A DNA stretch of 64,000 nucleotides. It comes from Tubiluchus corallicola. Lineage: Eukaryota; Animalia; Priapulida. Within the stretch, counting starts at the first letter, position 1. Each line of letters starts with the position of its first letter. Location: NCBI GenBank assembly GCA_030141605.1, contig JAQGDQ010000582.1, positions 1 to 64,000 of the forward strand. The letters are read 5' to 3'. Below are positions 1 through 11,600 of the stretch, piece by piece. A program made the position numbers and the translations under genes. The notes under the pieces were generated by a model, which worked only from the letters and a program-made list of their open reading frames with translations, was not told the DNA's origin and ran no database searches.

Positions 1-399
1 ATTCTGTTGCATGAACGCAGTGATTTGGCAATTTACTGCGCCGGATTTCAGAGTTGAAAGTGTTCCCGAGTTAAGTCATTCGATCGCATTTTTTCGGAAA
101 TTTTCTTAATGGATAATTAATGCCATTTATGGTATATATTAAACTTCTCAATGTCATAGAAATTTGGCAATGATCTGACTCGTTGACTTTTCATGACACT
201 TCAAATATACTATCTATCAAATCACTACTACGTAATCAATGACGCTAAGAGCCTAACATTATAAAAAACGTAAACCTGCCAATAGAAATCCTCCCAATGT
301 ACCAATTCAGAGTTCTAAAGCACGATTTATAGTTCAAGAAAGTTTCTGACATAACAATCAATTATGGATACAAGTTAAATTTTGTTAAACTTCAACAAA

Positions 400-2135
400 G
401 GCTCAGCGAATCCACTAAGACTAGCAATGGCGTCTTTTTGTCACATTCGCGTCGCCGATGAATAGGCGCGGTACCGTGATAAGCATGATCATGAACTGCA
501 GTGTTCGTGTGTGACATCACATCAGCGTTTTATAACAATATTCGCTTATGCAATCGTGCTTGACGCCATTGCACAAGTTGTGGTTAATTTGTGACGTAAG
601 CGATAGCTGTGTTCGGTTGCCGTTAATTAACTTTCCAAGGTAATTATTCAAATAATGGAAACAATTGCTAATTTTTGTAGGCAAGAAGATGTATATTTTG
701 GACAGTAAATTAAAATGAGATAAAGTTTAATCAATGGTCCGCACAAAGTTTGTTTAACTAGAATTGGTCACTATAATGCTGGTGGGTCATGGATGTCAGT
801 CGTATCGAGTTTGAATCAAGAGGTCTATTGCTCGCAAGGCAAAATTTTGTGACCCACCTCCAGTTTTGCTACAAATCTTATAGTTATTAAAAATAACAAT
901 CATTTCATCCATTAAGACCTTGTACCATTAAGACCCTAAGACATCATCCATTAAGACCCTATTCTTGCCTACTTTTTGCGGCACAGTGGTCTGAGAGAAA
1001 GGCTAGAGATTTTGAGGCTGTCTGAGTGGTGAGTGCAGCACAAAAACGTCGCACAATCGACGCACAAAACGACGCAAAAGAAAGAATATTTTGCAAGAAT
1101 GATAGGGCTTTTTTTAAATTCTGCAGAGTTAAGGGGATATTGGGAAATATTGCCATAATATTTGGACAATTACTACGCCTTTTCGCAGCTCCAGCGGTTT
1201 ATATTGATCGTAAAAAAGTAAAAGGTTAAGTGCACCAGGCAAGCATTTGTTTATACTTGGAAACACCTCGCAGCTCATGCTAGTGTAATTAACAGTTTTA
1301 ACAGCTAGAACGTTACCTAGTTCATTTTTTCTTGTTCCCAAGCAAGATTCTGCTAGTAAATCACTCTACGCACAGGCTAATGCATAATTAAGAAAAGTCC
1401 ATATAAAACAACTGAAGTTACTGAACAGATGCGGCAGACGGCTTTGCTTTACCCAGATGTCACATGACGGTTGTAGTTAAGACGCGTTGCTGCGGTACAC
1501 TTGACCTTTGACCTACAACAACTGTGAAAAGGCTTATTGTTGTAAACTGTAAAGTAACGGAATGATGTCTTAGGGTCTTAATGGTACAAGGTCTTAATGG
1601 ATGAAATGATTGTTATTTTTAATAACTATAAGATTTGTAGCAAAACTGGAGGTGGGTCACAAAATTTTGCCTTGCGAGCAATAGACCTCTTGATTCAAAC
1701 TCGATACGACTGACATCCATGACCCACCAGCATTATAGTGACCAATTCTAGTTAAACAAACTTTGTGCGGACCATTGATTAAACTTTATCTCAATTTAAT
1801 TTGTTTCATTTTCCAAAATATGCATTTTCTTGCCTATGAAAATTAGGAATTTGAATAATTACCTCGGAAAGTTAATTAAGAAATACCGAACAGAGCTACG
1901 TCACAAATTAACCACAGTTTGTGCAACGGCAGGCATATTCCCTGCACGTCAAGCACGTTTGCGCAAGCGAACATTGTTATAAGACGCTGATGTGACGTCA
2001 CGAAAATGAGTTCTAAGTCACCCTGACCTCACAGACGAACACTGCAGTTCGTGATCGTGCTTATCACGGTACCGCGCCTATTTGCCGGCCAAGCGAATAT
2101 GTCAAAAAATCCTGTCTTAGTGGACTCACTGAGCC
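400..2135. repeat. Large inverted repeat (arms ~400-947 and ~1562-2135)
   Basis: 716-947 is the exact reverse complement of 1562-1793 (232 bp by manual comparison). The outer parts still align but with many substitutions and indels. Confidence 0.9.
1176..1534. mobile_element. MITE family A (AGCCTTTTCACAGT-type TIRs, TA-flanked), copy 1
   Basis: Ends ta-CGCCTTTTCGCAGCT ... ACTGTGAAAAGGCT-ta; interior aligns with 62251-62623 and, inverted, with 12580-12853. Superfamily not assigned. Confidence 0.75.
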
Positions 2136-2139
2136 ACGC

Positions 2140-5100
2140 GCAGCTTTGAAAGTTAAACGAAATTTAACTATCCGAGGTAATTATTATTATGGTCAGAAAC
2201 TTCTTGAACTATGTAAATCGTGCTGTCTTAGAACTCTGAATTGGCATACATTGGGAGATTCTATTGGCAGGTTTACGTTTTATAATGTTAGGGGCTCTAG
2301 CGTCATTGATTACGCTGTTTTTAGTAGTGATTTGATAGATAAAGTAGTGGCATTTGAAGTGTCATGAAAAGTCAACGAGTCAGATCATTGCCAAATTTCT
2401 ATGATATTGAGAAGTTTAATATATGCCAAAAAAAGACATTACTTATCAATTACGAAAATTTCCAGAAAAAATGCGATGGAATGACTTAACTCGGAAACTC
2501 TTTAAAAATGCTCTGAAATCCGGCGTAATAAATTGCCAAATCACTGTGTTCATGCAACAGAATTATAATATAAACGAGAACGAGATTGAAGCGGCTGTAA
2601 ATAACATTAATTCCATTTTGCTTACAGCTGCATCTAAAATAGTTAAAAGAAATGGTCTAAATAAAAATAAACGCTACGCCCAGCAAAAACGCCAGCCAAG
2701 CAAGAATTGGTCTAACAGCCAATGTAAAGCAGCCCCCAACCGACTAAAATACGTACATTTTAAATTGCAAAGCGTCCCATATAATTATAACTTACGAGAG
2801 CTGTGCTTTAAAGAACAGCGGTATTATAAAAAGATCAAGCAGAAAGCACACAGGGAATATCAAGCCCGTGTTATGAAACAACTAACTGAACTGGAAACTG
2901 AAAATCCGAAGGCTTTTTGGAGCCTAATCAAACACCTGAAATATAATCAGAAAGCAGAAAAAACCTTGAACAAGGGTAATGACATTGAACCAATAGTTTG
3001 GGAAGAACATTTTCGAACTTTACTGAATGGTAACGATAGCCATTGGAGAAAAACTAGAAAACTGTCCGAGCATGTTGAAGAAAATTACACTTCTTTTTCT
3101 CGGGTAGATTATAGAATAGCTGATACGTAAATCCTGACAGCTATTAAACAGTTAAAAAATAACAAAACTGCTGGTACAGAAGGTTTAATAAACGAAATGC
3201 TCAAAGCTTCAAGCCAAGTTATGGTTCCTTGTCTTCGTAAATTATTCAATTTGATTTCTTCTGGTTCCTGCTATCCTATCCAGTGGAAGGAAAGCTACAT
3301 CATCACAATATACAAAAGAGGAAATGCAACAGACCCAAACAATTATAGAGGAATCGCCATTTCAAGCAGCTTAAGCAAATTATTTGCGAAAATTTTGAAA
3401 AATAGGTTGCAAAAATTTCTGAGTGATAATAACATTCTCCATAAAAGTCAAAAAGGGTTTAAAAGAGGCTGTCGCACCAATGACCATATGTTTACATTAA
3501 AAACACCAATCGAGAATTTTTTGAAACGAAATCATAAACTTTATTGTTGTTTCGTTGATTTGCGCAAAGACTTTGATTCAGTTTGGAGAATTGGATTGTA
3601 CTATAAATTGCTAAAAAATAATATAGGTGGTTACTTCCTTAAGATTTTGCAAAATATGCACTCTAAAACTAATCACTCCGTCAAACTCGCTGGCGGATTA
3701 GCAGAAGATATACCATCCTCCTTGGATGTTAAGCAAGGGTGTACGTTGAACCCAGATCCCGTCAGTCTAGGCAATTTTGAAACCATCTTCTGAAATTTCT
3801 AAAAGCAATTCTGAAATTGTCTTCTCTATGCAGAGGATAGGGTCTTACTTTCTTGTTCCCAGTCAGGATTGCAACAATGCCTTAATAAGCTGAATAATTA
3901 TTGTAGCGAATGGGCTCTGGAAGTTAACACTAAAAAGACAGAAATTATTGTTTTTAACAAAGCAGGCAGAATTCTATATTAAACTTTACCCATGGGTCTG
4001 ATAAGCTGAAAATAGTCCAATCTTATAAATACTTAGGGGTCGAATTCTTTGCGTCTGGGCTTACAGGCAAAGCTGTACCAAACTAAAAGACAAAGGCCTA
4101 AAGCTTTTTACTGCACGAAAAAGTACATATCTAACTGCGCAGGCCCACATACTATTATGAAATTATGTGAACATACTGTAGAACCTATAATGCTATATGA
4201 CTCTTGTGTATGGCGACTTGGCATTGTTAAAATTAAAAACAATTCCCCGCATGTTCAAACTAAATTTGACAGTATGCCAAGCGAAGAGGCCAATGTTAAA
4301 TTATGCAGATTTCTTTTGAATGTCAATAACAAACCAAGCAAATATGCGACTAGGGCAGAACGTGGCCGTTTCTCCATTTTTATTAAAATAATTAAGGATA
4401 CAATCCGCTACTGGATACATGTTATTAGCCAACCTTATGATAGTTATAAGGTTATGTCATAAGGTATACAACCTTATGTATACCAAGCTTATAACGAAAA
4501 TCGAAACTTAGCTGAAAACTGTTTTGTTGGACTACTTTTGTTAAGTATAGATTATGTGTATATGGCTTTGACCATGTTTGCAATAACCAGACAACGTTTT
4601 CACCTAAGCGACTACTTAATAAATTAGAAGAAAAAATAAAAACTGATTATACCCTATTTTGCAAAGAAGAAATCCATAATGATAACAAACCTGAGGGACA
4701 AAATAACCTGCAAACGTATCAAACCTTCAAAAAACAATTTCAACTAGAAAACTATTTACTTTCTGGTTATTCCAAATACGTTATAACAAAATTTATAAAA
4801 ACTGAGAATCAGCTCTCATACTTTGTGTATTGAAAGGAGGAGGTACGTCAAACCTAAAAAAATCCCAACTGAGAATCGTATATGCTCATACTGTTTAAGA
4901 AATGATATCAAAGACGAATTACACTTTGTTATAAAATGCCCGTATTACAATGATCTTAGAGAAAAATTATATAATCGCATCAATGTAATTAAACCCGAAT
5001 TTTTCCTTATGGGGAATGTTGATAAATTTTTATTCCTGATGGGAAGTAATGATTTAGAAGTATTTGAGGCATTTATTGATTACGTTGAAAAAGCGTTTTT

Positions 5101-5404
5101 AAGACATGATGAACAACATACTATGTTATGATCATAGCATTGAAAATGAGGCCTAATGAATGACAATTTATTTTAATTACTGATCATTAAACTTTCCATT
5201 AAAAACTAATATAACTAACAGGAAGATTTAATAATATCTGTTTTATTAGTAATTGTTTTGTTTGTATATAGTGTCGTTATATTTCATAATTGAAATAGTA
5301 TGTATGTCTTCTTTTTCTCTTGTATATTTCAAAATTGAAATTGTGTGCATGTCTTATTTTGTTTTTTGTATTGTATATATTTTTGACACTAATAAATAAA
5401 TAAA
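2140..5404 (+). mobile_element. Decayed, 5'-truncated non-LTR retrotransposon (APE endonuclease + RT; RTEX-like)
   Basis: Frameshifted ORF pieces 2146-5131: endonuclease C-terminus (SVIDY, ESDH at ~2378), RT motifs (PNNYRGI, FVDLRKDFDSV, KQG, LLYAED at ~3821), C-terminal RICSYC..DELHFVIKC zinc finger; ends in (TAAA)n at ~5391-5404. Clade assignment is from recalled motifs. Confidence 0.9.
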
Positions 5405-5988
5405 ATTTTAATCGAAGCTTTGATTTAAAAAAAACTGTTGCAGTTTTCAATATTTTAGAGCATAGCTTATTTTGAACTGTGCACACAATCCGTGGATACA
5501 GAATGGCGAATACAGAATTGATTTCACAGTACTGTTTCTATGCGGAAGTCTCCGCAGGACTGAGTTTTTGTCAGCTATAGATGTCTTTGCCCAGCTTCCA
5601 ACCTGTTTGCGAAATGACAACTTCAAACTTGTACTAGTTTTACTTGTAGTTGCTTACACGCATGCGCAGTATCATACGCCTGGTTTACGAAAACGAAAAA
5701 ATTCCAGTTACCCCATACGTACAACTGTACCTAATCGGTTTTAAATCCGTTTATTATTTACATAAATTATTGGTGCCTTTGCCTAGCCAAGGTTTTTACA
5801 GCACTATGAACACTTTGCGATCTTGCTCTGTAGATTGACAAAAATCAGTAAAGATAAAGCGAAAATGTTTTACATCGTAAATGATACATAATTACGACAA
5901 AATACAAGCGCGATGTCAAAGTATTCTTGGAAACAATACATAATTATTGCTCATATTCATGTGCCTGTACAAGAAACTTACAAGAACA

Positions 5989-6562
5989 AGGAAAACAGGA
6001 TGTTTTTTCATATACCACCCTGTTTTAAAATGTGGTAAAGAGTATATATTTTAACGTCACTAATAACGCAAAAGCGTTTCTGATAATTAAATAATAGATT
6101 AAAAGCTTAATTAACAGTAGCACAACTATTGATGACATCACAAATGAACATAATTTTCAGCAACACAAGCAATAAATAAGCATGTTGCAAGTGTTTAGAA
6201 AGCGAAAATTAAAGAAATTGAGTGTTATGATAAAACTCTGCAAGTTTCAAGATAAAAATTCAAATTTACCACTGTGTTCATGCATGAACTCTCGAACGTG
6301 GGCATTACATCACAAATGAACAGTTCTGAACCGAGAGGTACAGCAACTAGTTTTTGTGTAAGATGCAGGCACTAGTGCCCATCTAAGTAACAAAAGGTGA
6401 AATGCATGTAACAGCAAAGAACTAACTGCGCGAATGCGAACTTGCGTTTGTGAGATAGTAATTCTTTCACATAAGTCATTCTTGAAAAAATAGGTTCTGT
6501 TTCAATATTTTAAGGAGTAAATTGTTTTAATTTGCAGTTCAAGATTGGGTCCGGTTTTGCTT
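5989..6562 (+). mobile_element. MITE family B (Kolobok-like, ~600 bp), copy 1
   Basis: Aligns end to end with eight other copies in the window; family termini TTAA-AG(C/G)AAAAC..GGA ... TCCGGTTTT(G/C)CT-TTAA. Confidence 0.8.
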
Positions 6563-7139
6563 CAACATAGATGGAATAAATTTACAGATATTACAATGAA
6601 GACGTTGTGAAAAGCAGTAGAAAAGTTTCACTAAGAGTCACAGAAACTCAATGTGAATGTGATAAAGTCAATAAGGCATAAATGCATTTACAATCATTGC
6701 CACTTGCTGACATATTTTGCAAAACACGACTATAAATTAAGTAATTTTCGTGGAAAGATATTTCTTGTAGGAAAAGGTGTGAACAACAGAATTTTGTATG
6801 AAAGCTGGATGAAGGCTGCATAGCTGCCATTATGTTTACTTCTCTATGCAAAAATATTCCAAAACGGCAGCAAAAGAAACACATTGCACCTACAATTTGT
6901 GTGGCAACAGTAGGTCTAGCAAATGTACTGGCATGTTACAGTTATTCTGGCTTCTATTACATCATTATATCATATTATTTCATAGGTGGTGCCACAGCTA
7001 GTGGTAAACATACCAATATGTTATTCAAAGAACGACATACCAATCACTGGTAAAGGTACCATAAACTAGCTAACTAGCATTCTTTAAACTAAATAAAAAA
7101 CCAGAAATTCTTGTCCACAATGACACTTGTACTATTTAA

Positions 7140-7670
7140 AGGGAAGGTCGGGTCTTCTGGAGAGCTAGACTTATTTCAATGTTCATGAAAAATGCTAGAA
7201 GAATTTAGTAGTAAAACTGCAATAATCACCGGTGTAACTAGTAAAATCACTTTAAAGTCGTGATCACTTTATGGTTGGGCGCTCCCATTTTCAAAGCCTT
7301 TTTTTTCCAATGATGTCATTCATTGATTGAAGAAACGTAGTACATTAGCAATCTTCATCAAAAGTATAATAAGCTTTTGCAGAAAAATTACATAGCTAAT
7401 CTTGGTAGTATTTTTGCATGAACATTAAGTAAACTGCAGAAATCTGAATTAGTTTAAGCAGCATGCCCTAAACCCACAACACTCTCACGAAAAATCACGT
7501 CAGAATTTTCAAGTGAATGGCGGCAACTACCATGCCTGAAAATTTCTATTCAGAGGTAGTATATTTTAAACTTACGCTTTATAGGCAGTTCTCTATAAAT
7601 TTCTTTGTTACATTTTTCCACATGATAATAGTAAAATAAAACCAACATACTGAGTAACTTGTTCTTTCCT
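7140..7670 (+). mobile_element. MITE family C (Kolobok-like), copy 1
   Basis: Starts TTAA-AGGGAAGG, ends TTCTTTCCT-TAAA; homologous to 11350-12133 and, inverted, to 24322-24821. Confidence 0.75.
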
Positions 7671-8112
7671 TAAACATCAACGGATTTACCACACCTATTG
7701 CAACGGTAACTGCCTCTCAAAGACAAATAGAATGCTTCAAATCACCTATCTTTCTAGATGGCAAAAGTCAGAGTTGAAAAAGCCAATTTGTTAACAGATC
7801 TGCTAAATGTGAAACATTCTTAACATTGTGTTCAAAGGTAAACACTAATGTGATTTAACAATATTTAACAACTTATCAAGTGTAAAAAAATAATTATTTC
7901 CATTTTCAACCGTATTGACAAACAGAGCAATAACGATAATAAATTACGTAAACATCAATGGAAGATCTATGCAAAAAAAACAAACACTACTTATAAAAGT
8001 TAACAAGGGAGATCCATGAAAACAGTTAATAACAGCAAAGCGCAAAGTTTAATAACACTGCATATATTAGATATAATTTGTACATGCTAGGAAAAATAAG
8101 TAAGAAAAACCT

Positions 8113-8140
8113 GAGAGAGGAGAGAGAAAGAGAAAGAAAA

Positions 8141-8183
<43 letters not shown>

Positions 8184-8206
8184 GAGAGAGAGAAAGAGAG
8201 AGAGAG
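8113..8206. repeat. (GA)n-rich microsatellite
   Basis: Directly visible. Confidence 0.95.
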
Positions 8207-8659
8207 TTACAAATTATATGGCAGTACAATAATTTGTTATTATATTAGTGTCAGTTGGGATAATCAAAGGTAACCTAACGTAGTACAATTACATAATAAT
8301 ATATAAAATATACACAAAAAGTTAAAAAAGGCAAAAATGGAAAACCACATAAAAATGACTAATTGCATGTGTAATGTGTGTATAGCAAATGAGTTTGCTT
8401 CCTCATTCTTAATCTAAAAACAACACAAAAGTATTTCATTGAAGAATGCTCAATAAAGCAGAAAGGCTAAGAAAGCCTCACTTCTGTCACAAGTTCTCAC
8501 AACTTTAGAGATAATTTCCAACAAAAGACAATGAATTGAACTAAACAAAAAAGAGCACATTAGGGCAACACAGTTTAACAGCTATCTACTGATGGAAGAA
8601 AACTTTCTCCATGTTCCGGGATTCCTTGCTGGCCTCATCATCCTCGAAGATGCCGTATG

Positions 8660-11600
8660 TCAATCAACTGCGCTCTGGTAATACATGAGCCGTAGCTGCC
8701 GAGACTCGCGTCTGAGGGATTCGGCATAGAGCAATATGCTAACAGTAACAAGAAATGACACGATGATGCAGACGATGGCTAGCCATGACCACATCTTGTT
8801 GGGATAGTCCAACGGTAGCGGGCAATTGTACAACAATTCCTGATAGTCCGTGCTGTTCACCGTGTCCCAAACCTGCAACATTTAAAAAAGTACTTACTGG
8901 TTAATACATACTGATTTATTATTTATTACTATATTATTATTATTAATAATATTACTGTTACTATTATATACAGTACTTTTTGGTAGCAGCATAGGCCCTA
9001 TAGCAGTTTAATTTATTAACAGTAGGAAAAGGATACAGTGTTTACAATGTGCAATGAAAACACAAAAAATGACTAAATGAAATAAAAATCAAGTTAGTTA
9101 GTTGAGCTAAACTTTGTGACTATTAATAATTACAAAACTACAGACTAGTGTTCGTTCATACAGTCATGGACAATGAACAGAATGTTATGTTCTGTTGTAG
9201 AGTATCTGAAATCTTGATACAGCATGTCACATTTCTATATGTAGCTAGCAGTAACAATAAAACATTAGGAACTTTTGAGCAGACAGCAGGATTTTTATTA
9301 ATTTTGAATAGGTTGAGCTGTTCATGTTGCTCCCGCGTACTTCGGTCCATCGGTGGCACTTGTCTAAGTGTTTTTTTGGATTGGGGAAACTAATAAGTCG
9401 GACTTCTTTTAACCTTTCTGGGTACCATGGATTTCCCGTGTATTATTATGCATTTCAGGTGCAAATACCCCTGAGGTTGGGAATAAGTTCCAAGTAGCCA
9501 ACAATAGAAACGCAGTCAGAGCCAAAATACTGCGTCTGATTGGCCATTGCGAGGTGGATCCCCGCACATACACACATCCCCGCACAAAGGCACTGTAACA
9601 CACACCAAACCATTTTTAACGCATTGGATATATAATTTTAATTTTCTGTTTAAAATCAAAACACAAAGAAGATGCAATTTTCAAGGAAATACGTAATTGT
9701 TATTTTGTATTTAACATCAAAACACAATAAAAAGTTTTTCTCGATGACACTCTTTACCAGAAAAAAAATGTAAAATAGGTTGATTGTTCTTCTAAATAGT
9801 CTTAATTGTTTTTCTAAATAGTCTTACCAACAGACATGATGGAACGCCCTCATAACAAGAAGCGAAGACATCGAAAATTGCCTTTGCAATATATAATCAT
9901 CAGTAGGCCTATTGCTTGGCAATGGTGTCTAGACAATCGTATGACAAGAATATATTATAATAATTAGATGTGGAGCAATTTAATCCTTACTTCAATCAGT
10001 GAACCTTGACAAATGAGTTGCGTAAATGCACACTCATTTCAAAAACACGGGAGGCAGGTTGGTCAGATACAGTAATGATTCCATTGTTGAAAATGCACAA
10101 ATTTTGAAAAATGTCCTCGGGGAACTGTTGCTCCCTTTGTGCCCCTAAAAGCTATGCCACTGGCGTTACTGGTTTTGTTGGAACTCATTAGCATCGTAAA
10201 GATTTACTATACAACCAAAAACGAATACTATTACTCACTGTAGACAAGATCACGTTAAATATCTGATGCAAGTCCTCAGATGAGAGATGACCCGTATTCA
10301 TACTAATGCTTTGATTAAAAACTCTTGCATATTCATTGCTCTCGATGCCACCAGATATTCCATCGTGCCATGTTTTATATGCCTCTGAAACAAAACACAA
10401 TTATTATTGCAAACATTAACTCCTTCAGAACCACGCCGCCCAAAATAGCTCTTAACCTATGACTTTTCTGCTACTGTATGAGCACAGAAATAACTAAATG
10501 ATTAAAAATTAGGAACTGGGAAAATCTCGACTATCCGATCATGCTATTTGTTTAAATATTTATAAGTGATTTAACTGGATAAAATTAAAAAAACACGCCT
10601 TCTTCAGGCACTCCAACTTAGCCTATTGAGTAGTTTAGTCTGGCACGCACTTGCTTGATTGTACACACTACTTTATTGATCACCTGCTTGCTACAGCCCA
10701 AAAGAACTGTCTGCTCCACATAGTTCCAGGAAAAGTTAACCATTAGCCAAGGACAAATTAAGGTCGTTTAATTTTTTAAGAGGAATCTCTGATAAAAAAT
10801 AGAGTAGACTTAAAATAGTGTATCGCAGCACTGTGTCTGCATAGTTGAAATTTTCTGCTTTAACAGATTTCACACAAGTGATACTATACATTGTCGCAGT
10901 GTAAACACTTCAGTTATTGAAAGCTTTCTTCCATTTTTTTTGTCAAAAATAGATTTTTAATACGTCTAATCATCTGTAACGTAAGCAAACATTATGTAAG
11001 GAATAGAAACTAGTTGTTTAGTGAGAGCAGTTTTTCGTGAACCTACACAAAATGCAGCAAACTCTTATGGTCCTGAAGGAGTTAATGAACTAAGGCTTCA
11101 CTGATAAGTATACTAAAGTCCAAAAAGCAGTAAAAAACGATTCCTGTCAAAAGCTAACATTATTGAACTATAATAAATCAATCTTTTTACCTAAATTTTA
11201 ACTATTCTAATCTATATATGCTCGTAATTTAGATGGTTTAATAAGTAACAAAATTTCTCAAAGGAATTTGTATTTTTCTTTTTTGGTAATGAACTAACTC
11301 ACTAACTTTCATAAGTTACTTTCAAGCACTACACACACATTCAAATTAAAAAAAAGGCCAAATCCTCTGGAGAGTTTGACTTATTTTAATGCTCGCGAAA
11401 AATGTTACAAGGATTTATTAATAGTACCGCAATAAGCACCTCATGTGATTAGTAAAATCACTTTAAAAGTCGCGATCACTTCACCCATGGGCGCTCCGAT
11501 TTTGAACACATTGATGTATAAGTAAACCGAGCGAAGACAGCCGCTACTGCAGTACAAGAAAATTATTTGGAGAAGCTTATACGTAATTCACGTCGTACTT

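Noticed and set aside
9882-9928. Longer exon 4 or in-frame TGA-TGA suggesting a selenoprotein
   Set aside because: The upstream AG gives a phase clash with the last exon; the AAG acceptor at 9882 removes the stops and fits both neighbours, so the TGAs are intronic.
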